Below, one piece after another: positions 1-11,157 of a stretch of 64,000 nucleotides of DNA. Numbering within the stretch: position 1 is the stretch's first letter; every line of letters begins with the position of its first letter. The translations under genes were made by a program, and so were the position numbers. Source of the DNA: Selaginella moellendorffii (lineage: Eukaryota > Plantae > Lycopodiophyta); NCBI RefSeq assembly GCF_000143415.4, contig NW_003314262.1:1105960-1169959 (forward strand), given 5' to 3'. The notes under the pieces were generated by a model, which saw only the letters and a program-made list of their open reading frames with translations, did not search any database and had not been told where the DNA came from.

Positions 1-1259
1 TAAAAAAGGACCAATAGTACCAACTTCCTGCCGTTGTGGCAATAAGGAAAGAATGTCTGTAAGGATTGGCTGGCAAATATCTTTTGATACCTAAAGTCAT
101 ATTTGCGACATGAACTAACCAACTTAACCTCAAGACATCACACTTTGGAACTTTTAGTTTCTCCACACCATTAACTCTATGACCCTACCCTAACAACACT
201 TCCCACTTGTATCGAAGTTTTTGCCAAAACAATTGTAGTCATTTGTTATACTAACTATCGGTTAGCATTACAATTTAGTATTCACACACAATTCCTCGTC
301 AAAGTTACTTTCTTCTGTGAACACCTTTCCACGACTTTAGTATAGCATATTTTGCCATCAATGAGATACCCACTGTTCTCATTTTTGAATCTCATGATCC
401 TCCTCATCTTTCGTAGGATATAATACATCTTAGTCCATGTGTTTCCACTAATCCTTTAGGACCATCCTTTGACTCCACTGAGTCATCTAGCTTTCTAGAC
501 ATGCTAATTTGATGATCTCTAAGATTTTAGCTTCATAGCTTCTTTTGGGGTTCCATCTCATTAGAATACAACTTCATGTATTTATGTCTTATTCATAAGG
601 ACTATCTTTGCAAGTGTTACTCTGACACTTGATTATTCTTTGTTTTATGTGAGGTACCTTTGCCTTTTAGGATTATCTATCCATATGATGAAAATACTAA
701 TTCATCCTTTAAGTGCACCCCAAATTCCTTAGGTTGTTCTAGCATTTATTTAAGGTAGCCCTGACTACCATTTCAAGGACTAATATCTTCATTTATATTT
801 GACCTCCTATAGTCACCCACTCTAGTCTCAATTTCTTGAGCATCATCCTCAACTATATAAGGATAATTTTATAACTCTTTTATCATCTAGCAGTTTCCAT
901 TATTCCCGTAATCTGAATTGTAGTTTTTTACCACAATCATATTAGCTAGTTTGCTAAGTCAAACACTTATATGAATTACATTCTCAACTCTCTGAAGAAA
1001 ACCTTTTACTGTTCCTAAAATCTCAAAGTCATTTTCTTATTGGCCCCTTTCTATTCACTATATTGCACACCAATTCACATATGAATTATAGTGGAGAGCC
1101 ATGTCCTCCCAACTTGCTACTCCTCAAATATAGCCCCACTCCTAGGACCTTCCAATATCACTATCAAATGGTAATATTTTTAATTGCCAATAAGAGTCAG
1201 ACTAAGAAACAGTTCTAATACCAAATAATAAGCGACCAAATTTTTCATTCTACTTTAAT
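1..1259 (-). mobile_element. Decayed LTR-retrotransposon internal region, degenerate PBS and 34-bp LTR stub (LTR cut by the DNA transposon)
   Basis: 1090-1222 aligns by eye with 15705-15840. TTCTAATACCA at 1213-1223 is a degenerate reverse complement of the iMet PBS TGGTATCAGAGC. 1226-1259 matches the LTR end seen at 15843-15875 and (reverse) 19041-19073. Confidence 0.7.
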
Positions 1260-1281
1260 GCTCTATTTCGTTAAAGTGGGA
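1260..1281 (+). repeat. Left TIR GCTCTATTTCGTTAAAGTGGGA
   Basis: Exact reverse complement of 14665-14686. Confidence 0.92.
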
Positions 1282-1917
1282 TTTATTCAGTAAAATGGGA
1301 CTAGGTACAAATTTTCAAGTATTTGAAAATGACGTGAAATTATATGTCTTTTGTCCAGGGGCTAGACATATCTGGGGCATGGTGACTAGCGCGGTGACTT
1401 TGTGTCCAGACTAAGTCCATCTGGTTGTATAATAAATCTCATTGTCAAGGTGAACAAGCCGAATCTGAAGCTAAAGAAGAGCAATGGCATGCGCGCACAC
1501 ACTATTTGTTTGTTCATTGAGCGTGTGGTGAGCTTTCCAAAATGAACGTCATTCCTATTAGCCAGACATATAACTTAATGGTGAGAACATTTAGATATTA
1601 TTCAATGTTATCTTTTTCTAACGAATCTAATTGTGAAGGTGTAGCAAGAGGCATTGCTAGTCTGGAGAAGTCATTTAACTCATTTGACCCTTAGTGTATT
1701 TTCATGAAACTAAATAACATTCATATTATTAAGGAATTTCTCTAGTACCTTTTTTTTACGACATAGAGGCTTGCATTTCTTTCAAAGGTGATTTAGTAAA
1801 AGGCCTGAGGGCACATGCCATTCTATTTCTCAGACCGGTATTAAGATATACTAGTGCAAAGGGAAAAAGGTATTTGGTGATCAAGTAAATGGCATGAGGG
1901 CACACACCATTATAAGC

Positions 1918-2192
1918 CTAAGCGCTAGTGGACACCTCCTTTTTGGTACTCTCAGCGGTACTATCATCCTTCTCCGGGTCAGTTGTTTTGCTTTGGATTG
2001 TTGTCTCTGACGTTACTGGGGCGTTCTCGATAGTTGTTAATATTGCCGTTTGTTCAGAAAAATAATCACCTGGAGTATAGTACAGGGAGTTTGGAAGACT
2101 TATATATTCTACATCTTCACCTATCTCCTTCTCCATCTCCTTTTTTGCCTCACTTACAGATTTTGTGCTTGCCATGAGAACGCTCTTCACCC
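1918..2192 (-). CDS. Possible terminal exon of an unknown transposon-borne gene
   Basis: Open frame (KSVSEAKKEMEKEIGEDVEYISLPNSLYY...) downstream of an acceptor-like TATTTTAG. No family recognised. Confidence 0.25.
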
Positions 2193-2888
2193 TAAAATAT
2201 GGAGTTTGTTGTGTTATAAAAGGAAACCAACACACACGCTGCAAGGGAATGATGGTACATAAAGCACGTAAGCCCACAATATGGGTTTATGTGCCATTAA
2301 TATGGGCCACACGCCATATTATTAGATTTATGCATGTGTGATTGGTAAATGCATATGTCACATCATCTTTGTTTTACCTCACACACTATATCAGGCCTAA
2401 TGAACCATATCACATGTGCGCACATGCTATATATATGGAGAAGTATTATGCAAGGATAGAAAAATTCAATGCATGATTATGGAGAGCAATGGCATGAAGC
2501 CACATGCTAAATAACATTTTAGAGAAAGAATTAAAATAGAAACATGCAAACAGTACTGAGTGGACCAAGACTTAGAAGTGCACAATTGAATGAGGTATTT
2601 CTAATAAATATTTCACTCACTTCATATAGGAATGGCTACCACTCTCAAATGGCGTATCGCCTCATGCCATCACCTTGCAATTTGTTATAACAATCCGATG
2701 AATTCATATTTGGCTTGTTCACCTTGAACTTTAAGTAAGATTTGCTAGAACAACTAAGAATTTATACTTGTTATTTGTATCATCTCACCTAGGAATGGTG
2801 TAAGGCCACATGCCATCACACCTCCTCTGATTCAGATTCGGATTGTTCACCTTGAAATAAAATACATTAGAAACTTAGTAAAGGAATA

Positions 2889-5395
2889 TTAATGAATCTC
2901 ACCTTGAACCCGGGTTATGAATGCTCTTGCTGCATCTCTTGCATGGTCTGGCAAGGTGATGGTGGCACTCTGCTTCCGCATCCAACCATGCACAACATTA
3001 TCCACCGATATGCTCATGCTGGGATCCCTTGGATTCAGCACCCATCTCTTTTCTAGGCAATCCTTCGTATATCCGGAACTTGGCTTGAACCACTCCACAG
3101 TTACATTGAAGGAGTTAGTTTCCGCATCCTCCTCTACATCAGTGATGCAGCACCCCACCCATATCATTTGTTTTTTATTACTGGGTCTGACAAGCACGAC
3201 CATTCCTTTGCAGACCTGTACTGGATTGAATGCTGAATCCGGCTTCTTGTTCCTCGGCCCACAATAGTGATCCTCAACATCATTATCTGTCACTGCATTT
3301 CCAGAGGACATTGTTCTGCTACTATCTGGTGCTCTGGGTTCTGGCCAAAAGGACTCTTCCAATTCTTCATATACAACCGGCCCATTTTGGATAGCAGATA
3401 TAATCTTCTCCCAGTACTTGAGCAAAGGCTTGCACCTCTTAAAATAGGATTCTCCACCAAACACCAACCCCCTCTTCCAGAAAGCAATATGCTGTCTAAT
3501 CCCGGCCACTATACTTTCCAAGTCTTTGAGTCCATCCGGGTGTATCGGCCGTGGGGAACCCTGAGGAATCATAGGTTCCCCAGTTATGGGATCTCTCTTG
3601 AAGAGTTCAATGCCGTCCACTGGCAGCCACACTGTGTCCCATTCTCTCATCTTGTACCTCATCACTGGAGCACCGTCACGCATGCTGAAATGAAACTGAA
3701 GAGGCTTGGAGTGGCCAATCAGCATTTCGGATCCGTCCCTGATGTAGCCTCTTACAAACCCCTTAAAGTCTGGAACCTCTGTCACAAGTGTAGCTTCAAC
3801 AGTGCCTTTGATGCAATTTTGGAATTCATCGTAGAGTTGTGGGAGGGTGAGGACATTGGATCGCCGGAGGGACTCTGCCAGGTGACTAAACATGGCATCG
3901 ACGTCTTCATGAGTGTGCCCAACCATGAGAAAGCCAAGTGTAACCGTTTCAAATATGCCTTTGGCAACAAGCATCGCCAAGTACGCAAAGACGTACATGT
4001 TTTTGTTCTCACTGCCAGCATTGTCTGTTTGGAGCAGAAGATGGGGTGGAAGGCCACATCGGCTGCAAGAACTTCCTTGAGATTCTGCTTCGTTTGGATG
4101 AGGCTGTGCATTCACCGGGCGACCAGCCTCGTCGGAATGGCATGAGGCCTCACGTGATAACCCTACAATCTGACGGCCAACATATTCACTGGGATGGCAT
4201 GGGGCCCCACGCGATACTGCAAGCCTTTGCTCCTCCTCTAGTTGAACCCTGTATGGGGTTCGATTGACAAGGGCCTTATGCAAGGGTTGGCCGTTCAACT
4301 CAGTCTGCGCACTTTGCAGAGACCTTAAGTGTTTTGCTAGGGACGCAATCGCACCCCCGCCACCCCATAGAGGTACAAAGAAGTTCCCATAGTTCTGGGC
4401 ACCATGCCCATGAGCGATTATGCCAAACAGAGACACAGGCAGCTGCATGGATGAAGAGATTGCCTTGGGGGTAGGATTGAGTCGAGGTAAGCACGTCTTT
4501 TTCTGGTCCATTTTGTCGTGGATGATGCAGAGGTAAGAGTCAGGTCTCTCCATGGAGAGAATCCTGTTCCATCTTCCAAGAGGCGGGTTTTATGTGGTTG
4601 TTGCTCGCTACATGTCTCGACAAACCTCTTAAAGATTGCCTCTCCATATACAACATGACCCCTGGTTTTGTGCGTACCGTCGTTCCCATGGACTGCCTGT
4701 TGAACCCTTTGTTCCTCGAACTCAGTTTTGATTCTGTAGAATGTGGTTCGAGGGACTCCATAAATGATTCTCCATGCCTTCATGCAGACCAAACCCCTCT
4801 GGAAGACCATGCCCCCCACCTGATGTTCTGAAGCATCAACAAATGACCGTAATGGCTCATACACAAAATTGCAAGCTGCCTTCCAGGACAATGTCTTGTA
4901 TCTTGCTCTCTCCTTTTCAATAGCATCCTAATCAGCATGTTGACAGCACCTCCTCTTGCAACAAGCAACTGTCGAGACCATTCGAACCTCCATCGCCCTT
5001 TTCTACCTTTTCGGTTTGTTGCTCAGATCCCTTTGGCTGCGCTTTAGGAAGGTGTACTTTCTTTGCCCATGAAGAGATGTTCTGTTATCAGTTGTAGTGG
5101 TGTTTGATTGTGAATCCTTCACATTCTCAAACACTAAGTGCCTCAATTTCCACCGCACAATGCTTCCAATAGTCAGACTGTTTTCTTCTGTGTCAACAAC
5201 CTATAAAATTGCAACTCCAATATCATCCCAGCCCAATTCTTGATTAGCAACCGCATCTCTTGGATCGACAACTGTGGCTAAGCCCTCACTTACCACGTCC
5301 CCCTCGGGGTTGTTTAGAAACACCTTTGCCTGAATCCATGTAGCACGGTTCTTAAGATCCACGGAGGGAACATGCATCGCACTTGCGGAGGCCAT
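2889..5395 (-). pseudogene. Transposase, Sola1-like/DUF7869 (DDD type), disrupted
   Basis: Motifs CCKRRCC, VCMKAWRIIYGV, YLCIIHDKMDQKKT, LQTDNAGSENKN and FLMVGHTHEDVDAMFS. One frame runs from 5395 to about 4560 through TAG stops at 5201-5203, 5003-5005 and 4928-4930. A frameshift and probable internal deletion near 4555-4565 leads into ORF 2889-4553. Confidence 0.8.
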
Positions 5396-5759
5396 TCTGA
5401 AAGTGCAAAAAAGAAGTTAAGACAATACAAAAAATGATTGGAGAATGGCCTAAATCATAACATACCAAACAACCTCAATAGCATGAGGCCACATGCCATT
5501 ATTCAAACATGCTATTGACACCACGTGAAATTTCGCATTCACAAAATTGGCATGAGGCCTCATGCCATCTTGATATAAACACAGTTGCAGGCAAGTAAAA
5601 ACATACATGACAATACGCTAGCCATAAAATTGCAAGGGCCCAAGATGGCATATGGCCTCATGCCATTTCTAAATGTGGTCCTAAGCCATTCCATGGTGAA
5701 CATACTAGGAAGCACAAGTGCCGAATATCAAGAGGAAGCGGTAGCCACACCAAAGACAA

Positions 5760-5890
5760 TGCTGCTCGCAACACCGCAACTACTCGTAGTGCCGCTCGCA
5801 ACACCGCAACTGCTCGTAGCGCCGCTCGCACAAACTGCCACTCGCATAAACTGCCGCTCGCAATGGCGCTCGCAATGCCACAACCGCTCG
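5760..5890. repeat. Short GC-rich tandem repeat (about 30-bp unit GCCGCTCGCAACACCGCAACTGCTCGTAGT, decaying)
   Basis: Two near-identical units at 5761-5820, followed by degenerate CGCTCGCAA units. Confidence 0.7.
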
Positions 5891-6689
5891 TAGACGCATA
5901 AACCACAGCTCACAACGCCGCTTACACAAGCAGTGCTCACTGCACTCAACGGAACCAAGAACACGGCGCACAAAAATGATAGACCTAGGAATGAGTTCGA
6001 GAATTCAAAAATAACACACGCTTGAACGTCATATCAAATCCTCTGACAAACCAGATCTTATGATTCCTCTGACAAATTTCAAACTGAGTAGCTTCTAGAC
6101 TTTGCTGTCGGAGGTTGAACTTTGTCACATCATGTCCTTGCCTCGATCCAGCTGTGCCATGTCAGTGATTTGAACTTTGCCATGCCATGTCAGCGATCCG
6201 CGCCAAGATTATTCGCCGTGTAAAGGAATAATTATGCTGTGTGTGTACGTCCATTTATAGCATTATAAGGCCACACGCCATTCAAAGAATAATGCTAGTC
6301 GAGCATTTTTTGGTGCATTTTTGGGTTCAAAATTGCATGAGCCCACACGCTATAAAGTTTACCTGTACCAAAAATAGAAACAACTTTATTTACTTGGGAA
6401 TTTAAGTGGTTGAGGCATTTTTAAACTTACAAACACATGCCCTACTTACATTCCTTTGGTTGCTTAAAATTCAAAAATATTATAAACCTTTCTTTTTGCA
6501 TTTTCAATGTTTTCAATTATGGTTTTTGATTTTTGCAGGACCAGCCTAGTAATCTATTTGCATCCCGTCATGTTTATAGCTAGCTTTCGTTTGTCCCCTT
6601 CGCTAGCCTGAGATACATCTGCTCGGCATCTGCCTCTTACAACATTTGCCCAGAAAGGGCATCTTTCTTCACGCAGCATTTGCCACATG

Positions 6690-6715
6690 TTTAGGGTTTA
6701 GGGTTTAGGGTTTAG
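6690..6715 (+). repeat. Interstitial plant telomeric tract (TTTAGGG)3
   Basis: Read directly. Confidence 0.85.
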
Positions 6716-7558
6716 CAATTCAGTAGCTTGATAAACATGCAAATACAGAACTTGATGCAAAATCCTTTGATATGTCACAATGCCCCTAGGACCATAAACA
6801 CATTTCAATAGAGAGGGTCCTTTCATTTCATAACTCCTTACGTAAATCTTGGTGAAACCAGAGTTAGTGAAGTTAGTTTCTTGTGATCCCGCATCTGATT
6901 GTGATGTCCCTTTGCATTGTCGATGGAAAGGTCAATGCACACCAAACTGTAAAATCTTGGAGCAAAATAATGGTCGGATCTATGGCAAATGCCCCTGAAA
7001 CATTGTAAGGCTCGTGTGGTCTCATGTGGTGTCCAATCGAGATGCTTCTTTGCAAGGTCATCAAGAAAGACATTGTATACCATTCTGTAAAATCTAGTTG
7101 TGATCTAACGGTTGGATCTCCATAAAACTCAAAAAAACCTCGCGCATGTCAGAATATTCTAGGAATATACTCCTATGTGCCCCTGAAAATGGCATGCGTC
7201 CCCACGCCATTCAAGAGATAATGCCAGATGACGCCGAGCAATTTTTGGTGCATTTTTTGGATCAAAATTGCATGAGCCCACACGCTTGAACGTCACATCA
7301 AATCCTCTGACAAACCAGATCTTATAATTCCTCTGACAAATTTCAAACTGAGTAGCTTCTAGACTTTGCTGTTGGACGTTGAACTTTGTCACATCATGTC
7401 CTTGCCTCGATCCAGCTGTGCCATGTCAGTGATTCGAACTTTGCCATGCCATGTCAGCGATCCGCGCCAAGATTATTCGCCGTGTAACTGCTCGGCATCT
7501 GCCTCTTACAGCATTTGCCCAGAAAGGGCATCTTTCTTCATGCAGCATTTGCCACATG

Positions 7559-7583
7559 TTTAGGGTTTAGGGTTAGGGTTTAG
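7559..7583 (+). repeat. Interstitial telomeric tract, duplicate copy with one TTAGGG variant
   Basis: Read directly; lies in the duplicated segment. Confidence 0.85.
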
Positions 7584-10500
7584 CAATTCAGTAGCTTGAT
7601 AAACATGCAAATACAGAACTTGATGCAAAATCCTTTGATATGTCAGGACCATAAACACATTTTAATAGAGAGGGTCCTTTCATTTCATAACTCCTTACGT
7701 AGATCTTGGTGAAACCAGAGTTAGTGAAGTTAGTTTCTTGTGATCCCGCATCTGATTGTGATGTCCCTTTGCAGTGTCAATGGAAAGGTCAATGCACACC
7801 AAACTGTAGAATCTTGGAGCAAAATAACGGTCGGATCTATGGCAAATGTCCCTGAAAAATTGTAAGGCTCGTATGGTCTCATGTGGTGTCCGATCGAGAT
7901 GCTTCTTTGTAGGGTCATCAAGAAGGACATTGTATACCATTCTTTATTTAGCTGAACATCTGGCATTTTTGGAAATACAAGATGCTTTGGAATATCCAAT
8001 CATGCATGGTATAAATATAGCGAGAGTATTAAATGATATCCCAATCATGATCTTTCTTTTGGATTTCGCGTGCATGTAGTCCGAGGAATGATGACGTTGC
8101 GGATTTCTTTTGGATTTCACGTGCATGCATGCGCGCGGCGATCCAGAAATTAATGGTGGCGCCCAAGTCCGAGGAATGATGACGTTGCGGGATTACCAAC
8201 CGTCGTGACATTTCGTGCGTGTGAGGTTAGGTTTTGCATTTTGCTTCGTACTCGCGCTCGCATCGCGCTCCCACTCGCGATCACGCTCACATTCGCGCTC
8301 ATCTACCTTCTCTACAGGTTTCTCGTGTGCATCAGCGTCCACTCGCGCTCGCATCGCGCTCGTGTGCATCGGCGTCCACTTCAAAACACACCCAGTTTGT
8401 AACTTCGCCGCCAACTCCGCCGCCCACTCTGCCACCCACACGCAGCTCACTTGGCGTCCCGGGAGATTTCAGTGCCACTCTCCAACTGTAAGTGGCAGAG
8501 TAGCCTTGCTGCTACGATCCGCTGCACACACAGTGCACATTCGCCAGCGAGTCCGGCCTCGATTGTCACGCCTCCATTCGGCTTCAAATGGTAAGTCTTT
8601 TAGGCCAAGTAGAAAATGGCATGAGGCCACATGCCATTCAGTAGCAACATTGGCATGCATCGATTGGGCTCTCGAGTGCAGTCCGGTTACAGATGGCGTG
8701 TAGCCTCACGCCATCTTAGGATGCAGCCTCAAGACATCTGATGTAGTGGTGAATGGCGTGTGGCCTCACGTTATTTCCAGCTGCTAACTTTTCATCTGTC
8801 AGCTCTAATTGTTGTGCATTTCTGAACAGGCGAGGAATTGCATTCTTCTTCCAACCACTATCAATGTGGATGCAGAGAAGGGGGAGGAGCTCACCAGTTG
8901 GACTTTCGGGATGGAAGGCGAGGATCTGAGGCTGTACAACACAGATGGTGGGAGAAAAGAATGCATGGGGATCCTCATCCAAGTGACAGACACTCCATGC
9001 AGTTCCATGCAAGAATATGGACTGGCACTTGTGGTAGAGACAGCATTCGCCTTCAAGATCCACCTTGCACATCCTAGCGGCTTCCCGGAGGGGGGCAGCG
9101 GCTATGAGGAATTCCTAGAGGGAGCTAGGGAGAGGTTGTCCAGGAGGCCCACAATTTCAAAGACGCTGCGGGTCTATGAAGATCACATGGAATCCACGAA
9201 CCTCACCTACGGCGATGTTCAAAAACTATATTCCAACATTGAGCCGTTGAGAGTGACTCCAGTTCGCGAAGCGAAGGGGAAGGGGGTCGATCTGGAAACT
9301 ACCCCAAAGCAGAAAAGGGTGGTCAAGCTCAAGCCGACGTCTGACTCTCCTGCTCCAAAAAAGAAGCTACTCGGTGATGCCATTGCCTCGGGTTCGAACA
9401 CTACACCCACCAAAACGAAGAGCAGCAAAGAGCAGAAAGAGTAAGAAGAGGCAGCAAAAATTGTTGCAGATAATAGTACTTGTTACTATTCCAACAAAGT
9501 ATATACAATCGACGTGAGCCGTATCGACATCCAAAGCAAATACAACCACAGGCTAGTATCTGATGAGTGGGTGGAGAAATTGAAGCAGAAGATGCTGGCA
9601 AGTCCAGTAACACCCGACATCGCAGACGTGATCCCCTACTACCGAACAATGAAGGGCGAGACGAGGTTTCCAGACTTGATCAATAGGAAGGTGTTGGACG
9701 ATCAGAACATCCGGTTCTATGCCGTCTCCGGGCAGCATTCTAGCTTGGCGATGCAAGAGATAGTTGTGGATATTATGGTGGGCGAGGAGGTGAAGAAAGT
9801 CTTCAAAACAAGAGTTGTCCGCCTGATAAAAGGCAACTCGCCCCTCCGATCTATCATATACATCTCCCACGCGCAGAATGTCAAGCAAGAAACGTGTTAC
9901 AAATCGGGTCTGCACGAAACATTGGCACGAACACGGAAGCTCTGGGTTCAACTGAAGAAGCCACAAAAACCAGGACAAGGACATGCACTAGCAACTAGCG
10001 CCTGGCAGGTAAGCCTCGTTGCATGTGGCATAGCATGTGGCCTCACGCCATTTCCATTGCAGGAATTCTCGAGTCTTCTCTCGAAAACACTGGGGGTCAA
10101 TGACACACTCAGCATCCATAATATTCTACTCGCGACAAAAGTTGTTTTTGACAAATGGGTAGATGTGCTGAGGAGGTACCATGACGGGGAGTTGCTAAAC
10201 TCAATGGGTGTGGAGGACGGTCGGAAGCCCAATGATTTGAAGATCAACACCTTGCGTTTCTCGCGGTCTCTAGACGATGACGACCTTTTGACAGTGGCTA
10301 ATGCTCTTTTACATGGTGAGGTAGTCTTCAACAAGACCAAAATGACTCCCGGCCATATTGTGACATACGAGGACTTGTGCACGACTTTGAGAGCTCGTGC
10401 GCTATTGAAGGATTAGATCTTCGAGCAAGTGGCCATGGAGAGGGTGAGCATTGACACCATGCAAGAGATGATGGAAGAGCTGGAGTTGTCAAATGAAGAC

Positions 10501-11057
10501 ATCGACGAGTACGTGAAGGGGGCCCCCAAGTTCATCGATCTGCTGCGGGATGCCACGAAAAGTAAAGCTGAGAAGTTGGATCAGTATCCAAATTTCATTA
10601 AGAGGTATGTCAACCGCCGGCTTCAGAAACAGCTCGACCCTGCAGCAGAGGCCTATCGAGAACCTTACCGGGTATACGTGAATTCGGATGAGGATCAAAG
10701 GTGGAGGAGCATCGTTTCCCGCGGAGATGAGCAGGTCAAGAACATCTTTTGTGTGATGGACTTCACAAACAAGGAGATCACTCATGCAGACGAAGTCAGC
10801 TCCATGATTGACTTAATGGTGGGACTTGCGGAGGTGGAATCTTCAGTCCACTATATGATCTACGACTCCGAATCCTATCACAAGTTCTGGAAGGCTTTGA
10901 ACGAGGTGAAGGCTCGGTTGAAAGGCAAGGAGATGTGGGAGATCCATGGGATAATGGCTAAGAAGAAGATACCGATGAATGTCCGCATCTTCACACTCGC
11001 CCTTGTTATTGGTCCTGCAGCAAAGTGGGACTGGAGTGACTTCCCAGCTTCGTTCGA

Positions 11058-11157
11058 NNNNNNNNNNNNNNNNNNNNNNNNNNNNNNNNNNNNNNNNNNN
11101 NNNNNNNNNNNNNNNNNNNNNNNNNNNNNNNNNNNNNNNNNNNNNNNNNNNNNNNNN
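11058..11157. other. Assembly gap (100 N)
   Basis: N run. Confidence 1.

Larger units (their letters stand above)
6015..7942 (+). repeat. Internal segmental duplication within the transposon
   Basis: 6015-6223 matches 7279-7487, 6272-6350 matches 7202-7285, and 6619-7086 matches 7488-7942 (hence the twin ORFs 6838-7083 and 7695-7940). Confidence 0.9.

Noticed and set aside
6690-7583. Chromosome end or telomere-healing site
   Set aside because: Only about three units, internal to a duplicated transposon segment.
6838-7999. Twin 81-aa ORFs as real genes
   Set aside because: They are explained by the internal duplication, and no domain is recognisable.
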